From positions 9,052,001 to 9,116,000 of the forward strand of contig OZ024761.1 in the NCBI GenBank assembly GCA_964016885.1: 64,000 bases of DNA, read 5' to 3'. This stretch comes from Eledone cirrhosa. Its lineage: Eukaryota. Within the stretch, counting starts at the first letter, position 1. Every line of letters starts with the position of its first letter. Positions 59,022-64,000 of this stretch are shown here, piece by piece. The translations under genes were made by a program, and so were the position numbers. The notes under the pieces were generated by a model that was given only the letters and a program-made list of their open reading frames with translations, did no database searches and had not been told where the DNA came from.

Positions 59022-59530
59022 CAGTAACCACACAATCAGATGTACACACACACACACACACACAGCCACATAATCAGATGTACACACATACAGACACACA
59101 CAACCAGATAATCAGATGCACACGCACACACACACACCAGTAACCACACAATCAGATGTACATACACACACACAACCACATAATCAGATGTACACACACA
59201 CACACACACCAACAAAAACATAATCAGATGTACACACACACACACACACCAATAACCACACAATCAGATGTACACACACACACACATACACCAACAACCA
59301 CACAATCAGATGTACACACACACACACACCAACAACCACACAATCAGATGTACACACACACACATACACCAACAACCACACAATCAGATGTACATACACA
59401 CACACACACATACACCAACAACCACACAATCAGATGTACATACACACACACACACCAATAACCACACAATCAGATGTACACACACACATACACCAACAAC
59501 CAGACTAGTAACCACACAGTCAGATGTACA
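58686..59530. repeat. Minisatellite accagtaaccacacaatcagatgta plus variable (CA)n
   Basis: About 20 units visible. Confidence 0.9.
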
Positions 59531-60406
59531 TATACACACACACACAGCAACAAGCATGTATTCATACACACACATGCACACATACGCACGCGCACACACA
59601 CATATATACTCCATATATACACCAGCATTCATATATATATATATATACACACACACCATCATCCAACCAATACACCCACTCACACCAACCACCATGCCCT
59701 TATATATATATTATATATACATATATACATATATACATATATACATATATACATATATATATGGTGGCTGCCAACTCGTTTTCGAGTACGGCCACTACTT
59801 TATATCCATGTAGAACCCCTACCGATGCGCTGAACGAGTGTGACTTCTTAGTCCTGCCAGTGACTTGAAAACTCTGGTACAAACACTACACCTGTGACAA
59901 TTACTGACACATAGTGCTGGGCCCATGGTACCATGTGATGACAAGTGCAGAGAGATCTCCAGATATAAAGCAATGCCTGTGCCGTCAAGCTCCCATAGTG
60001 AGCAAAGGCACTGCACAAAGCCAGTCCCACTCTCTTAACCAAGATGATATTTACCAAAAAGAAGAACAAGTCAACATCATTGGATACCATCGGGGTTGCA
60101 GGTGTTATATCAGAGTTTTCCTTCTCCTAGAATTCTGCCTTGACAAAGGCTAAGGGGTCATCTCTCCCTGTGATTTTGGATGGCCATTGACTCTTAAGAG
60201 CTCCTTTGCCCTTTGACAGGTTTTGTTTTTAGTCCTGCAGGATGTCCAAAGTCACCCTCCTCACCAAGAAACCTTGGTGGGGTTGCCAGTTTAGTCGCCA
60301 ACGACCCGACCATGAGTCAGGTTGTACTGGGATACATGTTACCAGTAGCACCAACTGGTGACCTGACCTACATATATATACATATATATATACATACATA
60401 TATATA

Positions 60407-60530
<124 letters not shown>

Positions 60531-60585
60531 TACATATATACATACATATATACATATATACATATATATATATACATACATATAT

Positions 60586-60642
<57 letters not shown>

Positions 60643-60767
60643 TACATACATATATATATACATACATATATATATATATACATACATATATACACATATA
60701 CATATATATATATATATACATACATATATATATACATACATATATATATAAATATATATATACATAT

Positions 60768-60865
<98 letters not shown>

Positions 60866-61015
60866 GCATACATATATATATATACATATATGCATACATA
60901 TATACATATATATATATATACATATATACATATATATATTAATACATATATACATAAATATATATATACATATATGCATATATATATATATATACATATA
61001 TGAATACATATATAC

Positions 61016-61091
<76 letters not shown>

Positions 61092-61194
61092 GTACATATA
61101 TATATATATACATATATATATATTTATATATACATATATACATACATATATACATATGTATATATATATACATATATATGTATATATACATATA

Positions 61195-61863
61195 ATAATA
61201 TATAAGATCAAAAGATGGTTAAAAGAGTTCCATGTATTTTATTATGCGCATTTCAAAAACAAATATCATCATGCAATAACATTTGCGTTTTCATTTAATA
61301 ATACATATCAACAATTTTTTTCCATCGCACATATTATTAAACCCTTAAATATTATTCTTAATACATATTAACAATTTCTTTTCATCGCACACATTATTAA
61401 ACCCTTAAATATACAAGCCTTAATTTAACATTATTCTAAAATTTTTCTCTTCGTTAATTTTCAAATTCTTTTAATTTATATATTATCTTCTAACGGTTTT
61501 TCAACCTCTCTATGTAAAACAATATATTTTTCTCAGTTATAAAAGCTATCTATCTCTCTCTATCACCCATCTCTCCTATCTCATCCTTCCTCATTAAAAC
61601 TACTTTTCATATGTTGATTTAAAACTGCACTATTCACAAGTGTGTTTTAACCTTCATATCATGTCTCCCTATTTTATCTGACGAAAACGCAAATGTTATT
61701 GCATGATGATATTTGTTTTTGAAATGCGCATAATAAAATACATGGAACTCTTTTAACCATCTTTTGATCTTATATATTATTTATACTCCAGTCCTACAAA
61801 CTGTAGAGTGCTACTTATCCGATATCTGCATTGCTTTATTGTCCTACAATAAAACTCACCTCC

Positions 61864-61869
<6 letters not shown>
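61195..61869 (+). mobile_element. Family A copy: inverted arm 61195-61294, hammerhead at 61670-61740
   Basis: tattttat-CTGACGA-stem II-GAAA-tgcgca-TA-ataaaata; same 3' end as the copy at 14995. Confidence 0.88.
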
Positions 61870-61900
<31 letters not shown>

Positions 61901-61908
<8 letters not shown>

Positions 61909-62712
61909 GAGAGGTATAGAGATTGTTTTAGCAAGAAGCTAACGGCATTCTATAACATATATGCGACTATAACGTCAAGATGGGAAAAGTAGTTAACGAA
62001 AGATTTAGGAAAAATAACTCAAACTCATCTCAAAAGAGAATCAGGATATAAATTCATCCACAGAATTTAGTAAAATCCATGGAAAAATCTATAGACCTTT
62101 AACTCATGATAAAATAAAGTTTGAAACACTTATCCTTCAATTTGGAATAACATCAAATGCTCTGTATAGTCTTAAAAGACTATTTCATGAAAACTTTCAG
62201 TGGAGATGGTCACGGTTGGAATTTCATTCATCAGCAGAGCTCAACAGAAAACCAGGGCTCTCACAGTAATATAATCCGAAAAAGGGGAATTCTAAAACTG
62301 GCTAGTTCGCCTTCATGTGTATTTATGAAAAAGCACATGAGGAAAAAACGGGGCTAGTGACGTCAGGATGGAAGTGAATGTTTATTTACAAGAAATAGCA
62401 GTCAAATACATTCTGAAAAAAACTCTACAAAGGAGTTCAGCAAAATAGCAATAATTATCACAGTTTTTATGAAAAAAACCGGGATTAGTCACAGATAGTT
62501 TAAGCACTCTAGGAAAAGAATCCGAGTATAAATATAAATGAGACGTATAGAGATTGTTTTAGCAAGAAGCTAACGGCATTCTATAACATATATGCGACTA
62601 TAACGTCAAGATGGGAAAAGTAGTTAACGAAAGATTTAGGAAAAAATAACTCAAACTCATCTCAAAAGAGAATCAGGATATAAATTCATCCACAGAATTT
62701 AGTAAAATCCAG
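61901..62712 (-). mobile_element. Retrozyme-like partial tandem, family K (631-bp period); hammerhead on minus at 62159-62240
   Basis: 61901-62078 repeats at 62532-62710; no credible ORF. Confidence 0.88.
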
Positions 62713-62853
62713 GGAAATGTATATACATAGAGGGAAATGTATATACATACAGGGAAATGTATATACATACATCTACCCCCCACTCTCCTGAGCGTGAAAT
62801 TAATAAACATTTATTGTACTGCCTCTCTGTTTTGTCCCCGTTCAAATTTTTCC

Positions 62854-63555
<702 letters not shown>

Positions 63556-63686
63556 CTATAGAGTAAAGCATGTCCAGAGAATTATTTGATAATATATACA
63601 TCCTCTCTACTCCATTGAGCCACATCGTGAAAAGTTGCAAAAACACATATATACCTGTGACTTTGTTTAATTGGAGGTATGTGTAA

Positions 63687-63725
<39 letters not shown>

Positions 63726-63760
63726 TATACATGTGTGTATATATATGTGTGTGTATGTGT

Positions 63761-63804
<44 letters not shown>

Positions 63805-64000
63805 ATATATATATACACATACATATATATGCACATATATACACATACACAACAAAACTCCACACACCATCAACCATGCATTTATATAAACATGCCTGAA
63901 TCTTCTTTTTTATAATTACGGCTTCTGTGAAGAGATCTGTCAAACTCTAAATCACTTAAGATAATGTCGGACAAATATGTAAACGCCATTAAGGCTGGTG

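Noticed and set aside
58686-59530. Repeat-spacer-like array
   Set aside because: The apparent spacers are only variable (CA)n runs.

Overview
This is eukaryotic, very AT-rich animal DNA saturated with (TA)n, (CA)n and trinucleotide microsatellites. The SINE, LINE and Penelope content looks cephalopod (octopus-like); this is inference, not a database result. Nearly all 'IYIY' ORFs in the track are microsatellite artefacts. Host coding signal is limited to one large Gly/Tyr-rich exon the track missed (1-1313, minus strand, running off the window) and two weaker exon candidates. The rest is mobile DNA: two tRNA-derived SINE families, CR1, RTE and R4/Dong LINE pieces, MITEs, a non-autonomous Helitron, minisatellites, local duplications and three Penelope-like (PLE) coding remnants. 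The most interesting signal is a set of at least ten sequence-unrelated families of short, ORF-less elements inserted in (TA)n. Most carry a type I hammerhead ribozyme or a remnant of one. Many have an asymmetric fold-back shape: a full 3' end plus an inverted copy that stops at a fixed AT-rich site about 67-90 nt from the 3' end. One insertion has an empty-site paralogue inside the window. The same geometry brackets a young Nematis-like PLE whose hammerhead has a stem II of about 116 nt. Coordinates and pairings were read by eye and may be off by a few nt.
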